The position numbers were made by a program, and so were the translations under genes. Below, in pieces: positions 43,641-52,090 of a stretch of 64,000 nt of DNA. Within the stretch, counting starts at the first letter, position 1, and every line of letters starts with the position of its first letter. Location: NCBI GenBank assembly GCA_041657385.1, contig JBBABZ010000004.1:1867-65866 (forward strand). Direction: 5' to 3'. The DNA is from Minisyncoccota bacterium. Lineage in GTDB: Bacteria > Patescibacteriota > Minisyncoccia > Minisyncoccales > JAQTVQ01. Under the pieces are notes generated by a model, which worked only from the letters and a program-made list of their open reading frames with translations, was not told where the DNA came from and searched no databases.

Positions 43641-44648
43641 CTAATTTTTTTCCTCTAATCCTTTGATCTTCTCTTTCAGCTCGGCCATTCGCACCTCCCG
43701 GCCAATGGTCAGCTTGTAAAACTTTTCGAGTTCTTCGTTTCGTTCAGCGAGCTCCTTGGTACGTTCCGCCACTTTTTGTTCCAAGGTTTCTTTGGTTTTT
43801 AATTCGTTTCTGGCGTATTTGATCAAGAGGTATCCGTTTATGGAAAAGAAGAGTAAAAGGACGATAGAGGATATTCTTAAAAAATCGGTTGGCATAAGAA
43901 AAGGAAAAATCGCCAGGACTATGCCTGTTGCGAATACTGAAATTTCGGTCAGGATAAGCTTTAAGTCGAAAAGGTGGTAGCGTGTAATGGCTAGGGCTGT
44001 GAACAATAGCAAAAATAAGGTTCCAGGGGCATCCAGAAAAGAAAATTGGACTATCCCGAATAATGGCAGGACGGCGCTTACGGCCACGCCGACTACCGCG
44101 CTGATTATCCCTCCTGCTAAAACGTAGGCTATTTGTTTTTTAGCTGATCCATCCGCTTTTTTATAGGATGCCAAAAGGATGTAGATTAAACGCGCCATAA
44201 CAAACAGCAGAAAAGCTACGTAAAGCGGAAAAAACGGACCGGTCATAGGTTCTCTTGTCTCTGTTTCCGCGTTCGCGTATCCCATTAAGGAAACTGAATC
44301 TGCCAAGAAAAAATTGCCGAGGAATGGAGAAATTGAAAAAAATATTCCGGAAAGAAACATCAAACCGAAATCAATTTTTTTTATTTTTTTATTGCAAAAT
44401 TCAAGGGTCCAAAAAAAGAACAAAGTAAGAAAAGCCGGCGCAAGAGAATAAGCGACTTTTGCCCAAAAACTGTTTATTGTCCCCTCAAGGCTCCAAATAA
44501 AATTGATATAAATAAATAAGCTTATAAGAAAACTGAAAAGCGCAAAAATTTGGTTGAGTTTTTTGGATGGGTTGTTAAAAAAAACAAAAATTCCCAGTCC
44601 CAGACTAAGAATGGATGATGATAAAATAATGACCGATAAAATTTGCAT
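43641..44648 (-). CDS. 7TM+2TM sensor-like membrane protein with conserved C-terminal helix (paralog 8)
   Basis: It contains LAITRYHLFDLKLILTE and PFLMPTDFLRIS. It ends EELEKFYKLTIGREVRMAELKEKIKGLEEKN-stop. Confidence 0.8.
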   Translation of the reverse strand: MQILSVIILSSSILSLGLGIFVFFNNPSKKLNQIFALFSFLISLFIYINFIWSLEGTINSFWAKVAYSLAPAFLTLFFFWTLEFCNKKIKKIDFGLMFLSGIFFSISPFLGNFFLADSVSLMGYANAETETREPMTGPFFPLYVAFLLFVMARLIYILLASYKKADGSAKKQIAYVLAGGIISAVVGVAVSAVLPLFGIVQFSFLDAPGTLFLLLFTALAITRYHLFDLKLILTEISVFATGIVLAIFPFLMPTDFLRISSIVLLLFFSINGYLLIKYARNELKTKETLEQKVAERTKELAERNEELEKFYKLTIGREVRMAELKEKIKGLEEKN

Positions 44649-44667
44649 ATATTATTTTACAAAAAAA

Positions 44668-45687
44668 TTATTTAACCAATTTCCCTTTCCCCTCTATTTC
44701 TTTGATCTTTTCTTTCAACTCCGCCATCCGGACTTCTCGGCCGATGGTCAGCTTATACCATTTTTCCAGCTCCTCGTTTCGTTCTCCGAGCTCTTTAGTT
44801 CTTTCCGCCACTTTTTGTTCAAGCAATTCTTTTGTCTTTATTTCGCGGTGGACATATCGCAATAAGATACAAGCGACGCAGCAAAAAAGCAAAAATATAG
44901 AAACAGTGAACAGCCTTAAAAAGTCTGTTGGCATCAAGAACGGCAGGGTTCCGATAGAAACGACCATCACGCTTAACAATATTTCGGTCAAAATAGTTTT
45001 GACCTCAAAGATCCGATAACGGATTATGGAATAGGTCAGGGAAATAAAAGCTATGCCGGTTAAAGGGCTGCCGAACGGCGGGATAGGGATATTGTAAAAA
45101 GTCAGATAATTAGTGGACGCGCCGGCAAAGCCAAGCACTGCGGTCAGTAAAATATATTTTATTTGGACCTTTCTGGAATTATCAGCCGTTTTGTAGGATT
45201 GGAAAAGACTGTAGATCAAATAGCTTAAAAGCGCTCCGTATAAAACCATATAAAACGGATGCAGTGTTCCCGGTTCCGAATAATAAAGGAAATAAGGCTT
45301 TAATTTTACTGTTAAAACGAAGAAAGGCGTGAAAGCGAAAACGGCAAAAAATGCGGTAAAGAGCCAGCCCAAAGATAAAACTATTTTATTTTTTAATTGT
45401 TTTTCTATTCCCAAGAGGGCCAAAACCCAATGCAAATAGAGGATCGGAATGGCAATGACCGCGAAATTGAGCATTCTCGCCCAAAAAAGAGCTAGTTCTT
45501 TTTGTTCAATAAAAGTTTGGATCGCCCAGGATGTTGCCCAAATCGAAGTACTGATTGCCGTCAAAGCTGCCAAGCGGTTGACTTTGGCTTTCGGGTTGTT
45601 GAAAAAAATAAAAAAAGCGCATACGGCGGAAGTAACCGCGTTCAATATGTTTGATGCGAAAGAATAATATAACCAAAAATCATTCAT
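44668..45687 (-). CDS. 7TM+2TM sensor-like membrane protein with conserved C-terminal helix (paralog 9)
   Basis: It contains YSIIRYRIFEVKTILTE and PFLMPTDFLRLF. It ends EELEKWYKLTIGREVRMAELKEKIKEIEGKGKLVK-stop. Confidence 0.8.
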   Translation of the reverse strand: MNDFWLYYSFASNILNAVTSAVCAFFIFFNNPKAKVNRLAALTAISTSIWATSWAIQTFIEQKELALFWARMLNFAVIAIPILYLHWVLALLGIEKQLKNKIVLSLGWLFTAFFAVFAFTPFFVLTVKLKPYFLYYSEPGTLHPFYMVLYGALLSYLIYSLFQSYKTADNSRKVQIKYILLTAVLGFAGASTNYLTFYNIPIPPFGSPLTGIAFISLTYSIIRYRIFEVKTILTEILLSVMVVSIGTLPFLMPTDFLRLFTVSIFLLFCCVACILLRYVHREIKTKELLEQKVAERTKELGERNEELEKWYKLTIGREVRMAELKEKIKEIEGKGKLVK

Positions 45688-45789
45688 AACGCTTTATATC
45701 TTAACAGATTATGCCGTTGATGTTTATCACGGCTATCCACATTTCATTTTTAAACAAAAACCCTTTTGGAAGGGTCTTTATTCAAGGTC

Positions 45790-46857
45790 TTAAGCGCCGT
45801 GTTTTATTTCGATGACATCGCCGTCTTGGACAATATATTCTTTGCCTTCGGTGCGAATTTGGCCTTTTTCACGAGCCTTGGCAAATCCTCCATTATCGAT
45901 TAGTTCTTTCCAATTGATCGCATCCGCCCTGATAAAGGTTCTTTCAAAATCGCTATGGATGGCTCCGCCGGCTTGAGGAGCCCTTGCCCCTTTTTTAATA
46001 GTCCAGGCTCTTGTTTCGTCCGGTCCGGTGGTAAGAAAAGTGATCAAGCCCAAAGTTTCGTAACATTTTTTAATAAGAATATCCAGTTCTGTTTCCAGCG
46101 GAAGGGCCAGCTCTTTTCTTTCTTCAAGAGAAAATCCGGCGGCTTCGAATTCGGTCGCCATATCAACTATCAAAAATGGCCAGTTATGGCTTTTAAATTC
46201 TTCAATAATGCTTGGCGGCACTTCTTCATCTTTGCCGTTGAGCAGATAAAGCCTTGGCTTTAAAGTTAAAAGCTGATAACTTTTCATTTCCTTGAGTTCA
46301 TCTTCACTGAATTCTTGTTCAACTAATATTTTTCCTTCTTCCAGAAATTTTCTGGCTTTGTTTAACGCGTCAAATTCTTTGATCGCTTCTTTTTTTCCCG
46401 CTCGAACGTCCCCTTCCATTCCCTTCACTCTTTTTTCCACTATTTCCAGATCTTTTAAAATTAATTCCGTGTCTAAAATATCTTTGTCGCGGATCGGATC
46501 AATACTGTTTTGAGTATTTATAATTTTGTCGTTCAAAAAGACGCGCAGAACATAAAGAACTGCGTCGGTTTCGCGGATGTTGGTTAGAAATTTGTTGCCC
46601 AAACCTTCACCTTTGCTGGCTCCGGCCACCAGCCCGGCAATATCAAAAAATTCGATGGTTGTGTATATTTTTTTGGCTGATTTGGTCAGCTCGGCCAGTT
46701 TTTCTACGCGTTCGTCCGGCACGGCAACAACCCCGACATTCGGGTCAATGGTGCAGAAAGGGTAATTAGCCTTATCTACCTGTTTTTTTGTTATAGTTTC
46801 GAATAAAGTTGATTTGCCGACATTGGGCAAGCCAACGATTCCAATAGAAAGTGCCAT
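45790..46857 (-). CDS. ychF: Ribosome-binding ATPase YchF
   Basis: It contains GIVGLPNVGKSTLF and the C-terminal TGS-like GKEYIVQDGDVIEIK. Confidence 0.9.
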   Translation of the reverse strand: MALSIGIVGLPNVGKSTLFETITKKQVDKANYPFCTIDPNVGVVAVPDERVEKLAELTKSAKKIYTTIEFFDIAGLVAGASKGEGLGNKFLTNIRETDAVLYVLRVFLNDKIINTQNSIDPIRDKDILDTELILKDLEIVEKRVKGMEGDVRAGKKEAIKEFDALNKARKFLEEGKILVEQEFSEDELKEMKSYQLLTLKPRLYLLNGKDEEVPPSIIEEFKSHNWPFLIVDMATEFEAAGFSLEERKELALPLETELDILIKKCYETLGLITFLTTGPDETRAWTIKKGARAPQAGGAIHSDFERTFIRADAINWKELIDNGGFAKAREKGQIRTEGKEYIVQDGDVIEIKHGA

Positions 46858-47012
46858 AGATAAGGTATAGCCTTAAAAATCTTAGATGTAAATATAACTT
46901 GAAACTGGTCGAAGTTCGCTTTGCCCCTACCTATCGGCAGGCAGGCGCCGTAGTCCCGCCGAAACGGGACGAAGGAGGGGCTTCGACCAGTTTTGCTTTT
47001 TAAAGTTATAGT

Positions 47013-47843
47013 TTAAAATTTTTTAGTTATGGTTTTGACTTTTGAGTTTTCAGCTTTGAGTTGGTCTTTAAGGTCTATCGTTGTACCCGTTTTTTGGCCG
47101 TTTAACGCCTCTTCCAGGTGTTTAAAGTGAACGATCTGGATTGCTATCCCTTTTTTCGCCGTTTCAGCTAGTTCAAGGTATTTTTGTTTCATTCCGCCGG
47201 TAACATCGGTTGCTTGGCTGCCTGATAAATATTTTACAATTTCTTGAAAGTTTTTTTTGTTAATTTCTTTGATTAATTCCGCTTTTTTATTCTTTTTAGG
47301 GTCGTTTGTATAAATTCCTTCCACATCTCCCGCTTCGATGATCTTTTTGGCTCCGAGCTTCAAAGCCAGATAAGGCGCGATCTGGTCGCCCGATAAAATA
47401 GATGATCCTTGCACTTCGTCAAAAGCTGGAACGCCGTAGCAAACAGGAACCATTCCCAACTTAACTATGCCTTCCATGGTTTTGAATTCCATTTTAACCA
47501 GCCTTCCCTTTTTCATGATCGCATGGCTGGAAGCTTGGCAAGGAATGGCCGATATCCCCTCCTTTATTAAAGCGGCGCAGACCAAACAGTTGAGCTGGTT
47601 CTGCAACCTCTGGGTTTCGGCAAAAGCAAGCAACTGGGATTTGTTTTTTATCCCTTTATCAATTCCAGTTTTTTTAACAATCGGATGGCCGAAAGATCCG
47701 GCGCCGTGGATTAAAACATAAGGCAGCTTAAAATTTTTAAGCTGCCGGGCAACTATTTTTAAATTTTTGGAATTTATTTTCGGCGTCGTGCTTTTTTTGT
47801 CAGTAACGACCGACCCGCCTATCTTGATGATCGTCAATTGCAT
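47013..47843 (-). CDS. ipk: Isopentenyl phosphate kinase (amino-acid-kinase fold)
   Basis: It contains IIKIGGSVVTDK and LIHGAGSFGHP (the IPK His signature). The last ~20 codons run into a low-complexity intergenic-type repeat. Confidence 0.75.
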   Translation of the reverse strand: MQLTIIKIGGSVVTDKKSTTPKINSKNLKIVARQLKNFKLPYVLIHGAGSFGHPIVKKTGIDKGIKNKSQLLAFAETQRLQNQLNCLVCAALIKEGISAIPCQASSHAIMKKGRLVKMEFKTMEGIVKLGMVPVCYGVPAFDEVQGSSILSGDQIAPYLALKLGAKKIIEAGDVEGIYTNDPKKNKKAELIKEINKKNFQEIVKYLSGSQATDVTGGMKQKYLELAETAKKGIAIQIVHFKHLEEALNGQKTGTTIDLKDQLKAENSKVKTITKKF

Positions 47844-47915
47844 AGTTGATCTGTATTAAGTAAAAGCCTGATCCAACTCAGGCCCATTTACTTTACCAGA
47901 AAAAAGATTTGCAGT

Positions 47916-47969
47916 AAAAAACTGGTCGAAGCCCGGCTTCCGCAAGTTTTTAGTGAGTTATCCACAGGG
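47916..47969 (-). repeat. Terminator-linked repeat element with DnaA-box 9-mer, abutting the cysK stop
   Basis: The + strand reads AAAAACTGGTCGAAGCCCGGCTTCCGCAAGTTTTTAGTGAGTTATCCACAGGG, with TTATCCACA at 47958-47966. Confidence 0.75.
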
Positions 47970-48881
47970 TTATTCAAAAAGTTTGGTGCTTAGGTATTTT
48001 TCTCCTCGGTCCGGGAAAATAGTTACTATGTTCTTTGCTTCGCCTTGAGGGTCTACCTTTTCGGCTATTTTTAACGCGGCCAGCATTGCCGCGCCGCTAG
48101 ACATCCCGACAAAAATTCCCTCTTCTCTTACAATCCGGCGAGACATTGCAAAAGCTTCTTCTGTATCGATTTCAATAATTTGATCTAGCTGGGATTTATC
48201 ATAAATAGCTGGCACTATCGCATCTTTCATATTTTTTAGGCCTTGGATATAGTGTCCCCTGACCGGCTCCGCGCTGACGATCTTCACATCGGGTCCGCAC
48301 ATTTTCTTTAAAAAAGAACCTACGCCCATCAAAGTTCCGGAAGTGCCGATGGCGGCCACAAAATAATCAACCTGTCCGCTCATTTGCTGGCAGATCTCTT
48401 TGGCCGTTGTTTCGTAATGGGCGACTTTATTGTATTCATTGGAAAATTGGTCTGGCGTATAATATTTTTCCGAAAATTCTTTGACCAGCTCCCTTACTTT
48501 CATTATCGCGCCGTCAGTTCCTTTATCTCCGGGAGTCAAAGTTATTTTTGCCCCGAAAGCTCTGATCATTTTTTGCCTTTCAATAGAAACAGCCTCGCTC
48601 ATCACGACTTCAACCGAATAACCTTTAACTGCACCGATCATGGCCAAGGCAATACCTGTGTTTCCGCTTGTGGCTTCGATAATGGTTTTTCCTTTAACTA
48701 ATTTTCCCTCTCTTTCCGCTTGTTCCAGCATCCGCAAAGCGATTCTGTCCTTAATACTTCCTCCCGGATTTACTCCTTCGATCTTGGCAAAAATATTTGC
48801 CTTGGGATTTTGGTTTAATTTATTTATCTTCACTAAAGGCGTATTACCAATAGTCTCCAAAATGTTTTTAGCGTAATTCAT
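47970..48881 (-). CDS. cysK: Cysteine synthase (O-acetylserine sulfhydrylase family, PLP)
   Basis: It contains KIEGVNPGGSIKDR, TSGNTGIALA and GTSGTLMG. Confidence 0.9.
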   Translation of the reverse strand: MNYAKNILETIGNTPLVKINKLNQNPKANIFAKIEGVNPGGSIKDRIALRMLEQAEREGKLVKGKTIIEATSGNTGIALAMIGAVKGYSVEVVMSEAVSIERQKMIRAFGAKITLTPGDKGTDGAIMKVRELVKEFSEKYYTPDQFSNEYNKVAHYETTAKEICQQMSGQVDYFVAAIGTSGTLMGVGSFLKKMCGPDVKIVSAEPVRGHYIQGLKNMKDAIVPAIYDKSQLDQIIEIDTEEAFAMSRRIVREEGIFVGMSSGAAMLAALKIAEKVDPQGEAKNIVTIFPDRGEKYLSTKLFE

Positions 48882-48916
48882 AAAAATGTAATTAATTTAC
48901 GGACAGTTATTCTTGA

Positions 48917-49020
48917 TAAAATTGTCGAGGCCCGCTTCGCCCCTGCCTACCGGCAGGCAGGCGCCGTAGCTTTAGCGAAGGCGGGGCTTCTGCCAGTTTT
49001 TAGCGAGTTATCCACAGGGA
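48917..49020 (-). repeat. Terminator-linked repeat element with a nested GC-rich palindrome and DnaA-box 9-mer
   Basis: TTATCCACA is at 49008-49016. CCTGCCTACCGGCAGGCAGG at 48942-48961 is nested inside the outer hairpin arms (GTCGAGGCCCGCTTCGCC / GGCGGGGCTTCTGCCAG). Confidence 0.7.
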
Positions 49021-49044
49021 ATTTATTAATAATTATTCTCTTTA

Positions 49045-49080
49045 AATAAAAAACCTCTTTCGGTTTAGGGAAGAGGTTCT
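49045..49080 (-). terminator. Intrinsic terminator after the Cys-rich mini-ORF (candidate attenuator)
   Basis: The minus strand reads AACCTCTT-CCCTAAACCGA-AAGAGGTT followed by TTTTTTATTT. Confidence 0.65.
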
Positions 49081-49104
49081 TTTGTTGGAATTTATTTTAG
49101 GCCT

Positions 49105-49218
49105 TTATCTCGTTGTTTCGAGTCTACAACATACCGGTCCAAACAAATTAACCTCTTTCTTACAAGAAGAAGAACAACAAACGCAACAAGAAGAAATTTG
49201 GTTAATTTGTTTATTCAT
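49105..49218 (-). CDS. Untracked 37-aa Cys-rich ORF, candidate cysK leader peptide: MNKQINQISSCCVCCSSSCKKEVNLFGPVCCRLETTR
   Basis: Translated by hand: ATG at 49218-49216 and TAA at 49107-49105. It has 7 Cys and 5 Ser codons. On the minus strand a TTGACG-17-TATTTT promoter lies at 49254-49226, directly upstream. A terminator lies 25 nt downstream, and cysK follows on the same strand. Confidence 0.55.
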   Translation of the reverse strand: MNKQINQISSCCVCCSSSCKKEVNLFGPVCCRLETTR

Positions 49219-49300
49219 TAATATAAAAATACCAAACCCTAACCCCGCCGTCAAGTTAAAATTTACAAGAAAAATAAAGAACCCCCCTATTTTATTAGTA

Positions 49301-49352
49301 AAAAACTAGCCGAAGCCCGGCTTCCGCAAGTTTTTAATGATTTATCCACAGT
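49301..49352 (-). repeat. Terminator-linked repeat element with DnaA-box 9-mer
   Basis: The + strand reads AAAAACTAGCCGAAGCCCGGCTTCCGCAAGTTTTTAATGATTTATCCACAG, with TTATCCACA at 49342-49350. Confidence 0.7.
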
Positions 49353-49451
49353 TCATAGATAATAAATATGCACAGGTGACACCTGTGCATCTCTAGCTCT
49401 GGTATTCTCCAGAAAGGGTTAGACCCTTTCTGGAGAATCATCTGCCAAGGG

Positions 49452-49919
49452 TTAGTTGGCGGCTGGGGGTTGGCCGTTCGGAGCTTGTTCTCCTGCAGCC
49501 GCAGTAGGCATTATTTGGATGGACTTGGCGGTGATATTGCCGCTGGCATCGGCTGTTCCCGTAACGGTAACTTGGTTTCCCACAACCAAATCGCTAAGGG
49601 ATCCGGAAGCTTGTTTTAATGTTTCAGTGGCGCTGGAAGTAAAAATTATTTTTGAGCTTCCGTCACGCGATTTTACAGTGATGCTTTGGTCGTCTTTAGC
49701 AGTGATCTCTCCGGCTACCATTCCTCCGCTTCCGTTCGCTCTGGTTCCACTTTTCGTACCTGTTGCGTTATTTATTGCTCCTTGCTGGAAACTGCCATTT
49801 CCTCTATTGGCAAATTTAGAAGCTACTTGGCTTTGGCTGTATTTCATACCCCCATAAAAAGAGCCTCCTCCCACGGCTAAAATAATTACTAAAAATATGG
49901 CGATAGTTTTTGCGTTCAT
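49452..49919 (-). CDS. Membrane-anchored secreted protein with beta-rich domain, related to 53975-54472
   Basis: It has an N-terminal TM helix, a Gly/Asn-rich linker, and then ITAKDDQSITVKSRDGSSKIIF..LVVGNQVTVTGT..ITAKSIQI. Confidence 0.55.
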   Translation of the reverse strand: MNAKTIAIFLVIILAVGGGSFYGGMKYSQSQVASKFANRGNGSFQQGAINNATGTKSGTRANGSGGMVAGEITAKDDQSITVKSRDGSSKIIFTSSATETLKQASGSLSDLVVGNQVTVTGTADASGNITAKSIQIMPTAAAGEQAPNGQPPAAN

Positions 49920-50086
49920 AGAAAATTTTGATGAATTATTATTAATTATTTAACAGGGTAAATTTTGCTTTTTTGATTTATTTGCGTAGATCTAATCTTT
50001 GCGTTTTTGAAAGGGTTAGACACTTGTGCGCAAGGGACTAATCCTTTCGTTTTTTGTTTTACACTTTGCGCTTTTCGCTTTGCACT

Positions 50087-51310
50087 TTATTCATACCGTA
50101 ATGCCTCTATCGGGTTTAACGCGGCGGCTCTTTGGGCGGGATAATATCCGAAAATTATACCGATCAAAGCTGAAACTCCGAAAGCCATTGCTACTGAAGA
50201 CATAGAAACTTCGGTGGCGATATTTCCAAATTGCTTAACTCCCAAGGCAATCAGCCATCCAACCGTAATGCCTATCAACCCTCCTAAAAAAGTTAGCATG
50301 ATCGCTTCCGCTAAAAATTGCAGGGAAATTTCTTTTCTCTTTGCGCCAATAGCCTTGCGCAAACCTATCTCGCGCGTGCGTTCCGTTACATTGGTAAGCA
50401 TCATGTTCATGATCCCGATGCCTCCGACCACAAGAGAAATTCCAGCTATCGCTCCCAGCAGCAAAGTAAGAGTGCTGGCGATTGATGAAGCGCTGGCTAC
50501 GATGTCGGCTTGATTCATAACGGAAAAATCAGCCGATGCCGAATCCGCTATATTATGCCTTTCAAGCAACAGCTCGGTTATTTGCGTTTGCAGTTCAGCC
50601 ATTGATTCTTCATCAACAGCTTGGACATTGATTGTGCTCACATATTCATTGCCGGTAAAATATCTTTGAGCGGCGGCCAAAGGGATATAGACCATATCAT
50701 CTTGGTTGTTGAAACCCGATCCTCCCTTAGTAACGGTTGTGCCTATTACTTTAAATTCAATGCCTTTGATCTTGATCGTCTGCCCGACCGGCTGAGTAGT
50801 GCTTCCAAAAAGATCGCTGACGGTTGTAGGGCCAAGCACAGCCACTTTCGCTCCGCTTTTGGCTTGCTGATCGGTAAAGAATGTTCCTTGGTCTACGGAA
50901 ACGCTTTTGACCTCGGTATAATCGGCGGTTGTGCCGACCACTTGCGTGTTGGTGTTGGTTCCTTTGGCGGTTATCTGATACCTCCCCGATGTCACCGGAG
51001 CCACTGCTTTTGCCAAAGATATTTTATCTTTTATTGCATTACTGTCATCAACCGTAAGAGTCTGCGCCGATCCGCGGCCGGAGCTTACGGAAGAGCCGGC
51101 GGTCCTTTGCGCGCCCGGCATAACCATTACCAAATTTGAACCCAAAGATTCAATGCTGGATTTGATCGACGCCTGGGTTCCTTGGCCGATGGCGATCATG
51201 GCAATGACCGATCCGATGCCAATGACAATTCCAAGGATCGTTAAGCCCGATCTCGCTTTATTCGAAACAAGCGCCAAATATGTTTCTTCGATTAAATCTG
51301 CTGTTTTCAT
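50087..51310 (-). CDS. ABC transporter permease, MacB/FtsX family
   Basis: It has an N-terminal TM helix, a large periplasmic domain, and a C-terminal FtsX-like 3-TM bundle (REIGLRKAIGAKRKEI). Confidence 0.85.
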   Translation of the reverse strand: MKTADLIEETYLALVSNKARSGLTILGIVIGIGSVIAMIAIGQGTQASIKSSIESLGSNLVMVMPGAQRTAGSSVSSGRGSAQTLTVDDSNAIKDKISLAKAVAPVTSGRYQITAKGTNTNTQVVGTTADYTEVKSVSVDQGTFFTDQQAKSGAKVAVLGPTTVSDLFGSTTQPVGQTIKIKGIEFKVIGTTVTKGGSGFNNQDDMVYIPLAAAQRYFTGNEYVSTINVQAVDEESMAELQTQITELLLERHNIADSASADFSVMNQADIVASASSIASTLTLLLGAIAGISLVVGGIGIMNMMLTNVTERTREIGLRKAIGAKRKEISLQFLAEAIMLTFLGGLIGITVGWLIALGVKQFGNIATEVSMSSVAMAFGVSALIGIIFGYYPAQRAAALNPIEALRYE

Positions 51311-51328
51311 AGTTTATAAAGTTTTTTG

Positions 51329-52048
51329 CTAGTCATTATAATTGATACTGCCGGCCAATATTTTCCGCGGATTTTTCTTATCCTCCACTATCTCTCCGTC
51401 GCGGACAAAAATTATGCGGTCGGCATGCTCGGCAACATCATGTTCGTGCGTGATCAAAATAATAGTATGGTGTTTTTTTTCGTTAAGCTCCTGAAAAGTG
51501 GAAAGAACGATCTCTCCGGTTTTGGTGTCCAAATTTCCGGTTGGCTCATCGGCTAAAATAATGGCCGGATCGTTGACCAAAGCCCTGGCGATGGCCACGC
51601 GCTGCATTTGTCCTCCGGAAAGCTGGCTGGAGCGATGGTCGTAGTATTTTTCATCCAATCCGGAATTTTTTAAAGCGGTTTTTGCCCTGGCTTCTCTTTC
51701 AGATCTCGGCATCCCCGCGTAAACAAGCGGCAGCATTACATTCCTCAAAGCCGTTGCGCGGGACAATAAATTGAAAGACTGGAAAACGAATCCGATCTTA
51801 TTTTTTCTTATATCCGCCAGTTCATCCTCGGAAAGCGCTGACATGTTTTTGCCGTCCAAAAAATATTCGCCGCTGGTAGCCTTATCCAAAGCTCCAAGGA
51901 TATGCATTAAAGTGGACTTGCCCGATCCCGAAGGGCCGATGATGGCTACAAATTCTCCGGCTTCAATATGTAAAGACACCCCTTTAAGAACAATTGTTTC
52001 ATTGTCGCCGCTTTTGTAGATTTTCTTAATATTTTTACAGTCAATCAT
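51329..52048 (-). CDS. ABC transporter ATP-binding protein (MacB/LolD type)
   Basis: It has Walker [10 protein letters not shown], the signature LSGGQMQR, and Walker B IILADEPT. Confidence 0.9.
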   Translation of the reverse strand: MIDCKNIKKIYKSGDNETIVLKGVSLHIEAGEFVAIIGPSGSGKSTLMHILGALDKATSGEYFLDGKNMSALSEDELADIRKNKIGFVFQSFNLLSRATALRNVMLPLVYAGMPRSEREARAKTALKNSGLDEKYYDHRSSQLSGGQMQRVAIARALVNDPAIILADEPTGNLDTKTGEIVLSTFQELNEKKHHTIILITHEHDVAEHADRIIFVRDGEIVEDKKNPRKILAGSINYND

Positions 52049-52090
52049 AATAAATTTATAATTTTATTTGCGCACGCCGATAAAATAATT

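Noticed and set aside
46902-49438. Recurring hairpin repeats considered as a CRISPR array
   Set aside because: The repeats are not regularly spaced. They lack unique spacers of uniform length, differ in sequence and orientation, and lie between ordinary genes. No cas genes are present.
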